The notes below the pieces were generated by a model. That model saw nothing but the letters and a program-made list of their open reading frames with translations, was not told where the DNA came from and made no database searches. DNA of 64,000 nt, taken from IMG/VR virus record IMGVR_UViG_3300033121_002356, positions 1 through 64,000 of that record; one strand, written 5' to 3'. Shown piece by piece: positions 27,251 to 36,626 of this stretch. Origin of the DNA: a virus. Lineage: Duplodnaviria > Caudoviricetes. A program made the position numbers and the translations under genes. Numbering within the stretch: the stretch's first letter is position 1; each line of letters begins with the position of its first letter.

Positions 27251-27976
27251 TTATATGGTAGCTCTTACAAGAATTTCCGCTCCAAACTCTGGAGGCAAGT
27301 CTTTCGACAATTCAAATAGAGCTTGATTCATTTTAGGATTATAAAACTGCATATTTCTTTTTATCTCGGCGTCATTAACTGTTTTCAAAAAGCTACCACT
27401 AATAAAATCTACTTTAAACCCTGCTTTCTTCAAGTCTTTTGAAAGAGTAGCTACTGTATAAACACGCTTGTGCCCCTTTATTAAATCAGCATCACTTAAT
27501 GTAGTTTCAGTAGGCAACATACCCAGTTTAACCCCCAAGCGTCGATGGAGAGAGGCACCATTTGGTACACAAATGGTTATATGCCCTTTTTTATTTAAAA
27601 CATGCTTTCTTACTAATGATAAAACCTTAACCGGGTCTTCAATATGCTCTAATGCCCTAAATAGTACAACTTCATCAAATTTTTTCACAGGATTTAAAAG
27701 CCAATCCTCAAAATAGGCCTGTATGCATAATACGTTATCTACTTTTCTCTTTATAATTACTTTAGCTAAATCATCAATTTTCTTTCCAGAACCATCAACT
27801 GTAACTACGTCCTTTGCTAATCTAGCAAGTTCCAATGTAGAGTATATATTAGTGCTTAGTTCAAGTACATTTTTATTTTTTAGTCTATCTTGAATAAAAT
27901 CCAAATTAAATTTAAAATACATATAATCTAAAGGCCCGTCACCAAATTCTTTATAAATTTTATCTAACTCTTTCAT
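27251..27976 (-). CDS. class I SAM methyltransferase-like protein (degenerate motif I)
   Basis: NVLELSTN (no GxG), VDGS, FDEV, LEHIEDP, VPN..SLHR, HKRVY. Confidence 0.72.
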   Translation of the reverse strand: MKELDKIYKEFGDGPLDYMYFKFNLDFIQDRLKNKNVLELSTNIYSTLELARLAKDVVTVDGSGKKIDDLAKVIIKRKVDNVLCIQAYFEDWLLNPVKKFDEVVLFRALEHIEDPVKVLSLVRKHVLNKKGHITICVPNGASLHRRLGVKLGMLPTETTLSDADLIKGHKRVYTVATLSKDLKKAGFKVDFISGSFLKTVNDAEIKRNMQFYNPKMNQALFELSKDLPPEFGAEILVRATI

Positions 27977-27987
27977 ATATGTATCCT

Positions 27988-28989
27988 TTACACCTTAAAC
28001 TTCTTATCCCACATATCCATATTAGTAGAGTACCAAGCAAGCTCGTCCTCAATAATATTTTCTAATGAATACATAGTCTTTCTATTTAAAGTTGCATTAG
28101 TAAAGCTAGTGTCTAGCCGCATTGATTGCATCTCAAATGGTAATCTAATTCTACCTGGAACTAAATCTGAAATATCCCCTTCCTTAACGTTTTCAAACTT
28201 AACGCCCACATTAAATCTTTTAGCAATGATTTCTGCCAACTCTCTCACGGAAGTAGCCTTGCCGGTACCAGCATTAAATACTGTATTATATTTATCGGTA
28301 GTATTAACATAGCTCATAGAGCGATGAACGATGTCAACTACTTCATAAACGTGAGTAAAATCTCTTTCTTGAACGCCATCACCAAATATAACTAAGTCCT
28401 TACCAACATAGGCGTTCTTTAGGAATATGGTCAATACTCTCCCATACCACTCTCTTGGACCGGAGACAATACCAGGTCTTATATGAACGATATTCATACC
28501 ATAGGTCTTAGCGTACTGATTACAATAAATCTCTGCCGAAAGCTTAGATGACCCGTAACTCCATTGGGGAGAATTCAATAAAGCAGACTCTTCCTTATTG
28601 GGCTCCATACCAATTGTTCCCTGCCCATAGGCGCAAGCACTAGAAAAATTTATTAACTTGCTAACCCCATTCTTTTTCATAGCCTCTAAAACAGATATGG
28701 TACCTAAAGTATTTATAGTAAGGTCTTTCTCTGGGAAGTCTTGTCCTAAAGTAACTTCAAGTGAGGCAGCGCAATGTATAACTAAATCTACCCCCTTCAT
28801 CACTTCGGTAAGTTTTTCTCTGTCTAGAATATCAAATTTATGTAACTGGATGTATGGTAAAATATGAGCTATATTGCGTTCAAACCCCCAAGAAAAGTTG
28901 TCTACAACAACAACTTCATTATCCGCATAAATAGTTTCTAGTATGTTAGAGCCTATAAAACCGGCAGCACCTGTAAATAGTATCTTCAT
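27988..28989 (-). CDS. NDP-sugar epimerase/dehydratase (extended SDR)
   Basis: TGAAGFIG, HCAA, FSSACAYG, YGSSK, GDGVQERDF. Confidence 0.9.
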   Translation of the reverse strand: MKILFTGAAGFIGSNILETIYADNEVVVVDNFSWGFERNIAHILPYIQLHKFDILDREKLTEVMKGVDLVIHCAASLEVTLGQDFPEKDLTINTLGTISVLEAMKKNGVSKLINFSSACAYGQGTIGMEPNKEESALLNSPQWSYGSSKLSAEIYCNQYAKTYGMNIVHIRPGIVSGPREWYGRVLTIFLKNAYVGKDLVIFGDGVQERDFTHVYEVVDIVHRSMSYVNTTDKYNTVFNAGTGKATSVRELAEIIAKRFNVGVKFENVKEGDISDLVPGRIRLPFEMQSMRLDTSFTNATLNRKTMYSLENIIEDELAWYSTNMDMWDKKFKV

Positions 28990-28999
28990 TAAAACTCCT

Positions 29000-30046
29000 T
29001 TATTTATTAAAATTAAATTCTACTGGCTCGAATTCAACGCCTGAATATTTATAGGCGTACCCCTCTGTATAACAAAGAGAATCTATACGACTACCTCCAT
29101 CATATGGGTTACCATAGTATCGTCTAAAATCCATAGAATCATCATAGGTTCCTTTGCCCCATTCATAGAACATGGCCCTCATCACATCTACGGAATGGAA
29201 TCCAGCGGCCTCAGATAGATTGTATCCACCGCTATACCTTGGATTTATTTCAATAAGATACACACCGTTTGTATTTTCTATAAACTGTATATTTATATGT
29301 CCTCTAAATTCTAGTTTTGAACAAATAAATTTTACAATATTATCATAATACCAAGAATGAAATATTTTAGCTTTAGAACAAACCCCTGCTTTAACCTCTA
29401 CTCGTTCTCTACAAATAGACCCTAAGTATCTTCCTCCTAGAGTACATAACACATCTACAGTAACTTCTCTACCACTAATTTTCTCTTGAAAGTAAAAGTT
29501 GTCACCTAGATACTTTTTCTGGGCATTAAACACAGTGATATCATTACAAGTTGATACATCTAGAGAGCCACGCCCATTACGTTTTGGTTTAATAATTATA
29601 TCTGAGAAGGTGGCCGCTTGAACACGAATAGCATCCATATCCTTTGGTAAAGAAAAAGGATTAATAAAAGACCTAAAAAATCTAGACATCTCAAGTTTAT
29701 CATCGCATATATTTATCGTTTTATATGGAGATAGCATTACTAAAACTCTATCATCAAATTTAGTACGAGATATGTCCTTAAATCCATAATCTATTATAGG
29801 TACGTACAATATCTTACTAAATGATTTTAGCTTCTCTTCAAACAACGAATGAAGAAATGGAACAAAATCAGGGCTAGTAGCTTTAGGGCATTCTAAAAAC
29901 TCATCGGAAAAGAACTTTCCAACATTTATTTTAGAACAATCTAAAGAAATGGTATAGGGGTAACCACCGAGGGCATGCATTACATTTTGTGCGGTAGATG
30001 TACCCGCCCCATCAATTATAAGTAGAGTCTCTTTCTTTGAACTCAT
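29000..30046 (-). CDS. ATP-grasp ligase (carbamoyl-phosphate synthase-like)
   Basis: CDDK, IIKP..GRGS, QEKISGREVTVD, NIQF, IEINPRYSGG. Confidence 0.85.
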   Translation of the reverse strand: MSSKKETLLIIDGAGTSTAQNVMHALGGYPYTISLDCSKINVGKFFSDEFLECPKATSPDFVPFLHSLFEEKLKSFSKILYVPIIDYGFKDISRTKFDDRVLVMLSPYKTINICDDKLEMSRFFRSFINPFSLPKDMDAIRVQAATFSDIIIKPKRNGRGSLDVSTCNDITVFNAQKKYLGDNFYFQEKISGREVTVDVLCTLGGRYLGSICRERVEVKAGVCSKAKIFHSWYYDNIVKFICSKLEFRGHINIQFIENTNGVYLIEINPRYSGGYNLSEAAGFHSVDVMRAMFYEWGKGTYDDSMDFRRYYGNPYDGGSRIDSLCYTEGYAYKYSGVEFEPVEFNFNK

Positions 30047-30969
30047 TGTTCAAACCTCTCAGTCTCTAATGTATGCCCAACTTTTTTAAGAAAATGGTCT
30101 AAATATCGTTCTGCTTGTACTCTATCATACTTAACTATATCACTATAATATGATAACGATAACGGTTTACCCTTATCTGGTAATAAAGGAACATCCGGGT
30201 CCATCCATTCTTTTTTTACCTGGGCTACTTCTAAATCAAACTCATCTAAATTCTTATAATTATTAGTGCATCTATATCTCGAAGGAATAGGAACAGGAAC
30301 TCTTTCAGTTCTCATATAGTAATGAAACTTATCAGCAATATGCTTTCTAGAGATAAATCCCCAGTGTAGGCTCAATACTTCAGGATAAAATTCATTTATA
30401 TTTCTCTGGTTGTTTGTACGAGTCATTTTTCCATGATGAAGCCCAGGTTTATTAATGTTTAAAAGCTCTAATCCATGCTCTCTAACATAAACACGTTCGG
30501 CGTAGTCTTCGTCCCAATCCATACCGGGACCGTGGTCACACCTATACCAATAGGGACTTCTCCAAAGATGGAGGTTCTTTGCTTTCCACATACCTACATC
30601 GGTATGTTCACTAATACATTTATGAATAAGAGCGTCACCATCTTTAAAACAACACGGAGCAAAGGTAGAATCTATATTCAAGGTCAATATATGGGTCAAA
30701 TCTGGATAAACCTCTAAGGCCTTGTCAATAAGAAGCTTTGTATTTTTTTGCTCAAAAACAAACATATTTTTCTTATTTACCAATACATGTGGGGTAGCCT
30801 CTCTCATTTTCTCAAGGGAGTCATCTGTAGAAGCATCATCTAAAAGAACAAGGCCATCAACAACCTTTGGTATATTAATTAAAAATCTATCTAAATGCCC
30901 ATTTGAAGACTCATTATAGCAGGGAGCAATACCAATAAGCTTAACCTTTCGGGTCATATGACACCTCAC
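30043..30969 (-). CDS. GT-A (GT2-like) glycosyltransferase, paralog 2 (start probably 30957)
   Basis: PCYNE, LDDASTD, NIDSTF, LWRS, HWGF. Confidence 0.72.
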   Translation of the reverse strand: MRCHMTRKVKLIGIAPCYNESSNGHLDRFLINIPKVVDGLVLLDDASTDDSLEKMREATPHVLVNKKNMFVFEQKNTKLLIDKALEVYPDLTHILTLNIDSTFAPCCFKDGDALIHKCISEHTDVGMWKAKNLHLWRSPYWYRCDHGPGMDWDEDYAERVYVREHGLELLNINKPGLHHGKMTRTNNQRNINEFYPEVLSLHWGFISRKHIADKFHYYMRTERVPVPIPSRYRCTNNYKNLDEFDLEVAQVKKEWMDPDVPLLPDKGKPLSLSYYSDIVKYDRVQAERYLDHFLKKVGHTLETERFEQ

Positions 30970-31792
30970 GATGTTTAGAGTATATCCACTGATTTACTAC
31001 GTCCGAAGTGTCATCTGGGGTGGAGGGGAATATACCATCAATTAAATCCCTATTTCCTTCAGTATAAGCTGGGTAAGAGAAGCTCACATCATCCGGTAGT
31101 TTACCATCTAAATATTCGGTACTAAATCTATATATCTCATCATTTCGTTTAAACTTCTTTCCTGCGGCACGAGCATCGCGAGCATACCCCAAATGCCCTA
31201 TCCTAGCCCCACATTTACTCATCAAAGGAGAAGTGTGAATATGAATAGTTTTACCATTATGAGTACCAACAAAATCGTCGGCATTAAACCCAACAATAGC
31301 AAGGCGAGGATTCAAACTTAAATGGGCTAAACGAGAATTATATTGATACCAATTTCTACTTTTATTTATTTTAAGGCAATCAGGGGTATTACCATCTTTG
31401 ATTCGTACATAATGGTAGTATTCAAAGGAAATACCGAGCTTACCATTAGGATTAGCTAAGAAATTTTCTATTAAAGGCACATCTTGCTTAAACAAAAATT
31501 CATCCGCGTCTAAATACATAACATAATCACCAAATTCGCTAGCTCTATCTATAAGAAGATTTCTTTCCCGGGCCCAAAATCCCTTATCCATAACCCAGTC
31601 CTTTCTTATTATATCGACTCGGTCATCTTTTATAGATGAAAGTAGCTCATAGGTACCATCATTACTATTGCCCTCATTGATTAAGAACTTACTAACGGAT
31701 GGTATCTGTAAAGCGGTCATTACTGTTTGATAAGGACAAAAATCTAGAGTAAGCGCGTCCTTTACAATCATAACACAAACTATTTTTCCCAT
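30941..31792 (-). CDS. GT2-like glycosyltransferase
   Basis: MIVKD, EGNSNDGT, ERN, YLDADE, HLGYAR. Confidence 0.78.
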   Translation of the reverse strand: MGKIVCVMIVKDALTLDFCPYQTVMTALQIPSVSKFLINEGNSNDGTYELLSSIKDDRVDIIRKDWVMDKGFWARERNLLIDRASEFGDYVMYLDADEFLFKQDVPLIENFLANPNGKLGISFEYYHYVRIKDGNTPDCLKINKSRNWYQYNSRLAHLSLNPRLAIVGFNADDFVGTHNGKTIHIHTSPLMSKCGARIGHLGYARDARAAGKKFKRNDEIYRFSTEYLDGKLPDDVSFSYPAYTEGNRDLIDGIFPSTPDDTSDVVNQWIYSKHREVSYDPKG

Positions 31793-31881
31793 ATTACAAT
31801 CCTATTTTCTAATATATGAAAACATGGTTTCTGCTTCGTCGCCATTTCACCACGAAAAACATCTATTCATCTAACTCATGC

Positions 31882-32781
31882 TTAAGTTTCATACATCTCG
31901 TCTTCGGTATAAAAACCAAGTCTTCGATTAAAATACGCCTTATATTCATTTGCCTTAGCTAAATCATATTTCGCGATATCTTGATAAAAAGACACGGGGC
32001 GAGGCTTTCTTTTCTCCTCTCCTCTATCTAAAATATCAGAATCAAACCAACTATCGCTTACTGGCTCTAATTCAACATCGTATTCATTTAAAAATCTGAG
32101 CATATCGTTATGCCTAAAAGCGGCAGGGTTACATATTTTTGTAGGGGCAGTTGCCTGATAATGATGAAATTTCTTAGAAATATTCTCTTTATGCCTGTAC
32201 CCCCAATGAATAGTCTTAGCCTCATTATCTAGTCCTGTAACAGACCACCAAGGGCGCTTAGCTATAACCTTTCCTAGATGCAGCCCTACCTTATCCTTAT
32301 TAGCCAACTCTAACCCCTTAGACCTAACATAAACTCTTTCACACTCATTATTGCGCCACTCCTTATCTACTCTTTGCCAATACCCGCTTCTCCATAAATG
32401 TACATTATGCATGACCCACATGCCTACATCTGGATAGTCATGAACTGCTTTATGAATTGCTGCGGCGCCATCTTTATAGCAATTTGGAGTAAAGGTTACG
32501 TCAATACTTAAAGTAAGTATATGCGTTAAATCTGGGTAAAGTTCTAATGCTTTATTTATAAGCCTCTGTGTGTTGTCTTGCTCATAAATGAATCTATTCA
32601 CATCATTGCGTAATACATTAGGGGTATATTCAAGCATTCGTTCATACGAACCATCTGTAGAAGCATCGTCCATAAGTACGATTCCATCAACTACTTTAAA
32701 AATATTATTTAGAAATCTATCTAAATGCCCTAATGATAGCTCATTATAACACGGGGATATACCGATTAGTTTAACAGTCAT
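31882..32781 (-). CDS. GT-A (GT2-like) glycosyltransferase, paralog 3
   Basis: PCYNE, MDDASTDGS, SIDVTF, LWRS, HWGY. Confidence 0.72.
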   Translation of the reverse strand: MTVKLIGISPCYNELSLGHLDRFLNNIFKVVDGIVLMDDASTDGSYERMLEYTPNVLRNDVNRFIYEQDNTQRLINKALELYPDLTHILTLSIDVTFTPNCYKDGAAAIHKAVHDYPDVGMWVMHNVHLWRSGYWQRVDKEWRNNECERVYVRSKGLELANKDKVGLHLGKVIAKRPWWSVTGLDNEAKTIHWGYRHKENISKKFHHYQATAPTKICNPAAFRHNDMLRFLNEYDVELEPVSDSWFDSDILDRGEEKRKPRPVSFYQDIAKYDLAKANEYKAYFNRRLGFYTEDEMYET

Positions 32782-32787
32782 AGTATT

Positions 32788-33387
32788 TTACTTATTGTTG
32801 TAGTAATTATAAATTTCATCCATATGCTGACGACGAGAAGCTTTTACAGCCCAATGCCCATGTTGTATCCCGACGTTTTGCACAAAACAGGTCTTTTTAG
32901 CACCAACAATTACCTCGTGTATAGGAAGAGCATATTTAATAACCCCATTATTCTTATACAATCTTGTTTGTGGGTCTTTAGCCCCACTAACCGGATACTC
33001 TTTTGTTTTTTCTTTGTCTAACCAGTTATATCGAGGAAATCTAAAAGCATCGTATCCAGGATTATCAGGAGAATCGGCATGTAGTAGCACGTTTCCGAAT
33101 TTTTCAAAATCATCTTCTTCTAACCACTCGTCGGGGTCAATCATCATAATCCAGCTCGATGTGCATTTAGATAATGAAAAATTTCTAGCTTTAGCGAAAT
33201 CTCTGTCTTTAAAATCCCAATCATATATTTTATCTGTATATTTTTTAACAATATCTCGGGTACCATCAGTAGAGCCAGTATCAACAGCGATAATTTCTCG
33301 CGTAAATTGCCCAAAACACTTTAAAGCAGTTTCTATACATTCCTCTTCATTATAAAACAACATCGCCCAGCTTACATTATAAGACAT
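32788..33387 (-). CDS. GT2 glycosyltransferase (catalytic domain only)
   Basis: YNEE, VDTGSTDGT, FAKARN, IDPDE, IHE. Confidence 0.87.
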   Translation of the reverse strand: MSYNVSWAMLFYNEEECIETALKCFGQFTREIIAVDTGSTDGTRDIVKKYTDKIYDWDFKDRDFAKARNFSLSKCTSSWIMMIDPDEWLEEDDFEKFGNVLLHADSPDNPGYDAFRFPRYNWLDKEKTKEYPVSGAKDPQTRLYKNNGVIKYALPIHEVIVGAKKTCFVQNVGIQHGHWAVKASRRQHMDEIYNYYNNK

Positions 33388-33404
33388 ATAGAGCCTCCCT
33401 TTCC

Positions 33405-34112
33405 TTAAATTTTAGAAAATTCCATATAATGGTTTAAAGGAGACATATTATATGGATACCCTTTCTCAAACAAAACTCCGTTTTTATTAAAGCAATCTTC
33501 ACCATACTTAAATTCAGTCACATCTAATAGGCCCTGTTTATATAACTCATCCGACCACCACTTATTATCCATAACAATATAGTGCTCTTTAACTCCGCTA
33601 TTTTCTAGAATATTTTTAGTGCCATCTCTATTCTCTAGTGGGATAGTTACCGCAAGAGTTCCTTCTTTTTTTAAAACTCTTACTATATCCTTTATAGCTG
33701 GTATAAAAATAGATGGATAAGGTAAATGTTCTAAAACATCAAATGCAAAAACAAAATCAAAAACACCATCTTTAAAGGGCAACTCACTGGCGCATGCTCT
33801 ACTATAGAGTATAGATTGGTTTACATTATGAGTGATAGCGTAACTACTAATATCTATCCCTACAAACTTTCCTCTTCCATAATTATATTTCCTAAGTTCA
33901 GATAAAAGAGGCCCTTCACCGCACCCTATTTCAAGAACACAAGGGGGGCCGTTCGCCCAAGAAAATAAACTATCCGAAAGATTTTTAGCAGTTATAAACC
34001 ATCTATCTTTATTAAGCCAATGTTCTTCACTAAACCCCCCAAACTCGTTTGCTATCTTCCCTGTGTGATACTCTTCCTCATATTTATCACGAATCTCCTT
34101 AGAAATACTCAT
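33405..34112 (-). CDS. class I SAM methyltransferase
   Basis: VLEIGCGEG, GIDIS, LPFKDGVFD, DVLEHL, RVLKKEG. Confidence 0.9.
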   Translation of the reverse strand: MSISKEIRDKYEEEYHTGKIANEFGGFSEEHWLNKDRWFITAKNLSDSLFSWANGPPCVLEIGCGEGPLLSELRKYNYGRGKFVGIDISSYAITHNVNQSILYSRACASELPFKDGVFDFVFAFDVLEHLPYPSIFIPAIKDIVRVLKKEGTLAVTIPLENRDGTKNILENSGVKEHYIVMDNKWWSDELYKQGLLDVTEFKYGEDCFNKNGVLFEKGYPYNMSPLNHYMEFSKI

Positions 34113-34115
34113 AAC

Positions 34116-35261
34116 TTATTCCTTTATCAATCTATTAATCTCACTAATCATTATATCTGATACTTTATCATGAGTATACTTATTTTTTATATCCTCTCTT
34201 GCCTTTGCCCCAACTGTAGCAGCAGCGTCTCTATTAGCTTCTACCTCTTTCATTATAGTAATAGCTGTTTTAAGATTAGGCTCCGGCCACATTTGGTCTG
34301 CTGTATACCAGTTAAAATAGGGCATACCCAATGTTGGAGACCAAGTATAATCAACCAACCAACTATTCTCGGAATTCATGAAGTCCTCATTACCACTACC
34401 ACCCACCCCAATAGTAGGCTTACCGGCCGCCATAGCATGAAAATACCCTAAACCCCACCCCTCAGCATGTGCAAGGGATACATAGCAATCTCCTCTATTA
34501 TGTAGCTTTAACATCTCTGATTCAGAGAGTATTTCGGTTACAAGTACTAAACGAGGCGCGGGCATATCCGGGTAAAACTTCATGTTTCTTTTAAGGTTTA
34601 TAATATTTTTAACAATTCTATCTATCTCTCCGTCTGAATTATCACATCCATAGGTTTTAAATAATAAAACTACATCATCCCGACCAGCAAAAGCGGAATA
34701 AAAACATCTCAATAATGAATAAGGATTTTTTCTCTCAGTCCATTGACCGATAGAATAGAATACATAATCATTATCGTTAATTCCTTCAATTAATAGCTTT
34801 GATTTCTCCGCTTCAATGGGGGCAATATCTATGCCGTGAGGAACAACCCCTATTGGTTTATCAACACCTGAATTTTTAAAAACTTCTACGTTCCATTTGC
34901 AGGGAACAATGAGAGCATCAACACCCCCACAGTGAGCAACCCACTCTCTATGAATTCTATCCGTTTCCCAAACAGTCAAATTAATGTTTTTCTTATTCTC
35001 TTCGCGATAAATGGGGATATGCTCTGGAGTTAGATGAATCAAATTAATATTGTAATCAATTTTCTTATTTACTAAACTATTTAAAATCTGAGCATCTTTT
35101 CCTAAATTAGGTCTTAATTTTTCAAAGGATACCGGATTTATAGTTATCGGCACCCCCTTTGAATGAAGAGCCAAAATATAGTCTCTTGACGCTTTTGCAT
35201 ACCCAGAATTATCAAATACCGGAGCAGTATATTTTATACCTTTAATATTTCCTAAATCCAT
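34116..35261 (-). CDS. GT4-like (GT-B) glycosyltransferase
   Basis: SGYA, WET, VPHG, ERKN, DCYVS..AEGWGL..FHAMA. Confidence 0.85.
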   Translation of the reverse strand: MDLGNIKGIKYTAPVFDNSGYAKASRDYILALHSKGVPITINPVSFEKLRPNLGKDAQILNSLVNKKIDYNINLIHLTPEHIPIYREENKKNINLTVWETDRIHREWVAHCGGVDALIVPCKWNVEVFKNSGVDKPIGVVPHGIDIAPIEAEKSKLLIEGINDNDYVFYSIGQWTERKNPYSLLRCFYSAFAGRDDVVLLFKTYGCDNSDGEIDRIVKNIINLKRNMKFYPDMPAPRLVLVTEILSESEMLKLHNRGDCYVSLAHAEGWGLGYFHAMAAGKPTIGVGGSGNEDFMNSENSWLVDYTWSPTLGMPYFNWYTADQMWPEPNLKTAITIMKEVEANRDAAATVGAKAREDIKNKYTHDKVSDIMISEINRLIKE

Positions 35262-35271
35262 TCTATTCTCC

Positions 35272-36624
35272 TCAAAAAATAAAAGCGCGAGTGGGGGTTT
35301 GTCCTTGACTGCCTGGCGCCATTAAAGCGTATTTCTGAGCGTTTAACGCCTTCATGGCTTGAGAAAATAAAGAAAACCAACGAGGCATCACACCGTTTTC
35401 CCACGTTAAGTTATTAATAACCCACTCATAAGCAGCCTCTGCTTTTTCAGCAGCTTCTTCTCGATTGTTAAATACATACTCCATCTTTGCTACTAAAGAA
35501 CTTAAATCCGTCAAAGGCCTTATTACACCTAAATCATTTATCAACGATACATAATTATTAAAATTATTCCCTGAATTCGCCAAGTATCCTCGTTCCTCAT
35601 TTTCTCCTATAAGTTCTATAAAAGAAGTATTACGCGGACCAATTATAGGAGTCTTTGTCGCAAATGATTCCGTATTACAAAGTTCCCAACCACCCCCTAA
35701 TGAATTCGTAATATAGCAATCTGCCATGGAATATAGTTTGTTAATTACAGCCGTTGGGTAACCATTTTTTACGTCTAATTTATTAGGGAAAAATACGTCA
35801 ACTCCATCTCTTAATCCTATATTATTACAAGTATCATACAAATTATGACCAAGAGGGTCTCTTGGCATACAATGAGAATAGAGAATGGCTTCTCCCGGAT
35901 GCCTTCTTAGGAACTCTTTAAAAGCTATCAATAGTCTTGGGTAATCTTTTCTTGGCTGGTTTCTATCAACCCTAAAGAATATAAATTTATTATCTATATC
36001 GGGGACCGTTTTAAAAACTTCACGACGAAAATCTCTAGAGAACTCCTTGGGAAGAGGGTAGAAATCTTCAGGATTTACCCCATGAGGAATTACGTTTAGC
36101 TTGCGAGCTATAGGAGGGTAAACCTTAGAACAAAGTTCGTGCCCAAACTTTGTATAAGTAACGGGGCAATCTACAGCAGAAGCAGCTTTTATCCACTGTT
36201 GCCCTGGTATTCCATCAATTGGAAAGTAAAAAATAGAAACAAACTTATTGTTCAACACCCTCTTAGACTTTTCCATTAGCTCTTCTAAATAAGAACTAAC
36301 CACAAAGGTGTCTTGCAATATAAAGACTATATCAAACTCCACATTCTTTTTCATTAGAATTTCTTGAAAGCGTGAAGCTCCATACGGGTCCTTTTTAGGA
36401 CTATTATTATTCCCGGCTGGAAATATTGTATAACGACGTTGGTCAGGGTCTGGCTCACCCCAATTGTTTACTGCTAAAACTGTTATATCGAATAGACCTG
36501 TTTTATACAAATTATCAAGAATATTTCTTGATACATTATTAAAACCAGTAGTTGCCCCCAAGTCTCCATAATAAAGTAACTTCCATTTATTACCGTCGAG
36601 TCTTTTTGGTAATTCAATAGTCAT
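35272..36624 (-). CDS. GT4-like (GT-B) glycosyltransferase
   Basis: TGFNNV, YFPID, IPHGV, RNQPRKD, GGWEL..TES. Confidence 0.85.
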   Translation of the reverse strand: MTIELPKRLDGNKWKLLYYGDLGATTGFNNVSRNILDNLYKTGLFDITVLAVNNWGEPDPDQRRYTIFPAGNNNSPKKDPYGASRFQEILMKKNVEFDIVFILQDTFVVSSYLEELMEKSKRVLNNKFVSIFYFPIDGIPGQQWIKAASAVDCPVTYTKFGHELCSKVYPPIARKLNVIPHGVNPEDFYPLPKEFSRDFRREVFKTVPDIDNKFIFFRVDRNQPRKDYPRLLIAFKEFLRRHPGEAILYSHCMPRDPLGHNLYDTCNNIGLRDGVDVFFPNKLDVKNGYPTAVINKLYSMADCYITNSLGGGWELCNTESFATKTPIIGPRNTSFIELIGENEERGYLANSGNNFNNYVSLINDLGVIRPLTDLSSLVAKMEYVFNNREEAAEKAEAAYEWVINNLTWENGVMPRWFSLFSQAMKALNAQKYALMAPGSQGQTPTRAFIF

Positions 36625-36626
36625 AC

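Noticed and set aside
21516-36624. Bacterial O-antigen or capsule locus
   Set aside because: No wzx/wzy/wzm/wzt, initiating transferase or membrane proteins; the island is coupled to phage-type replication genes on both sides.
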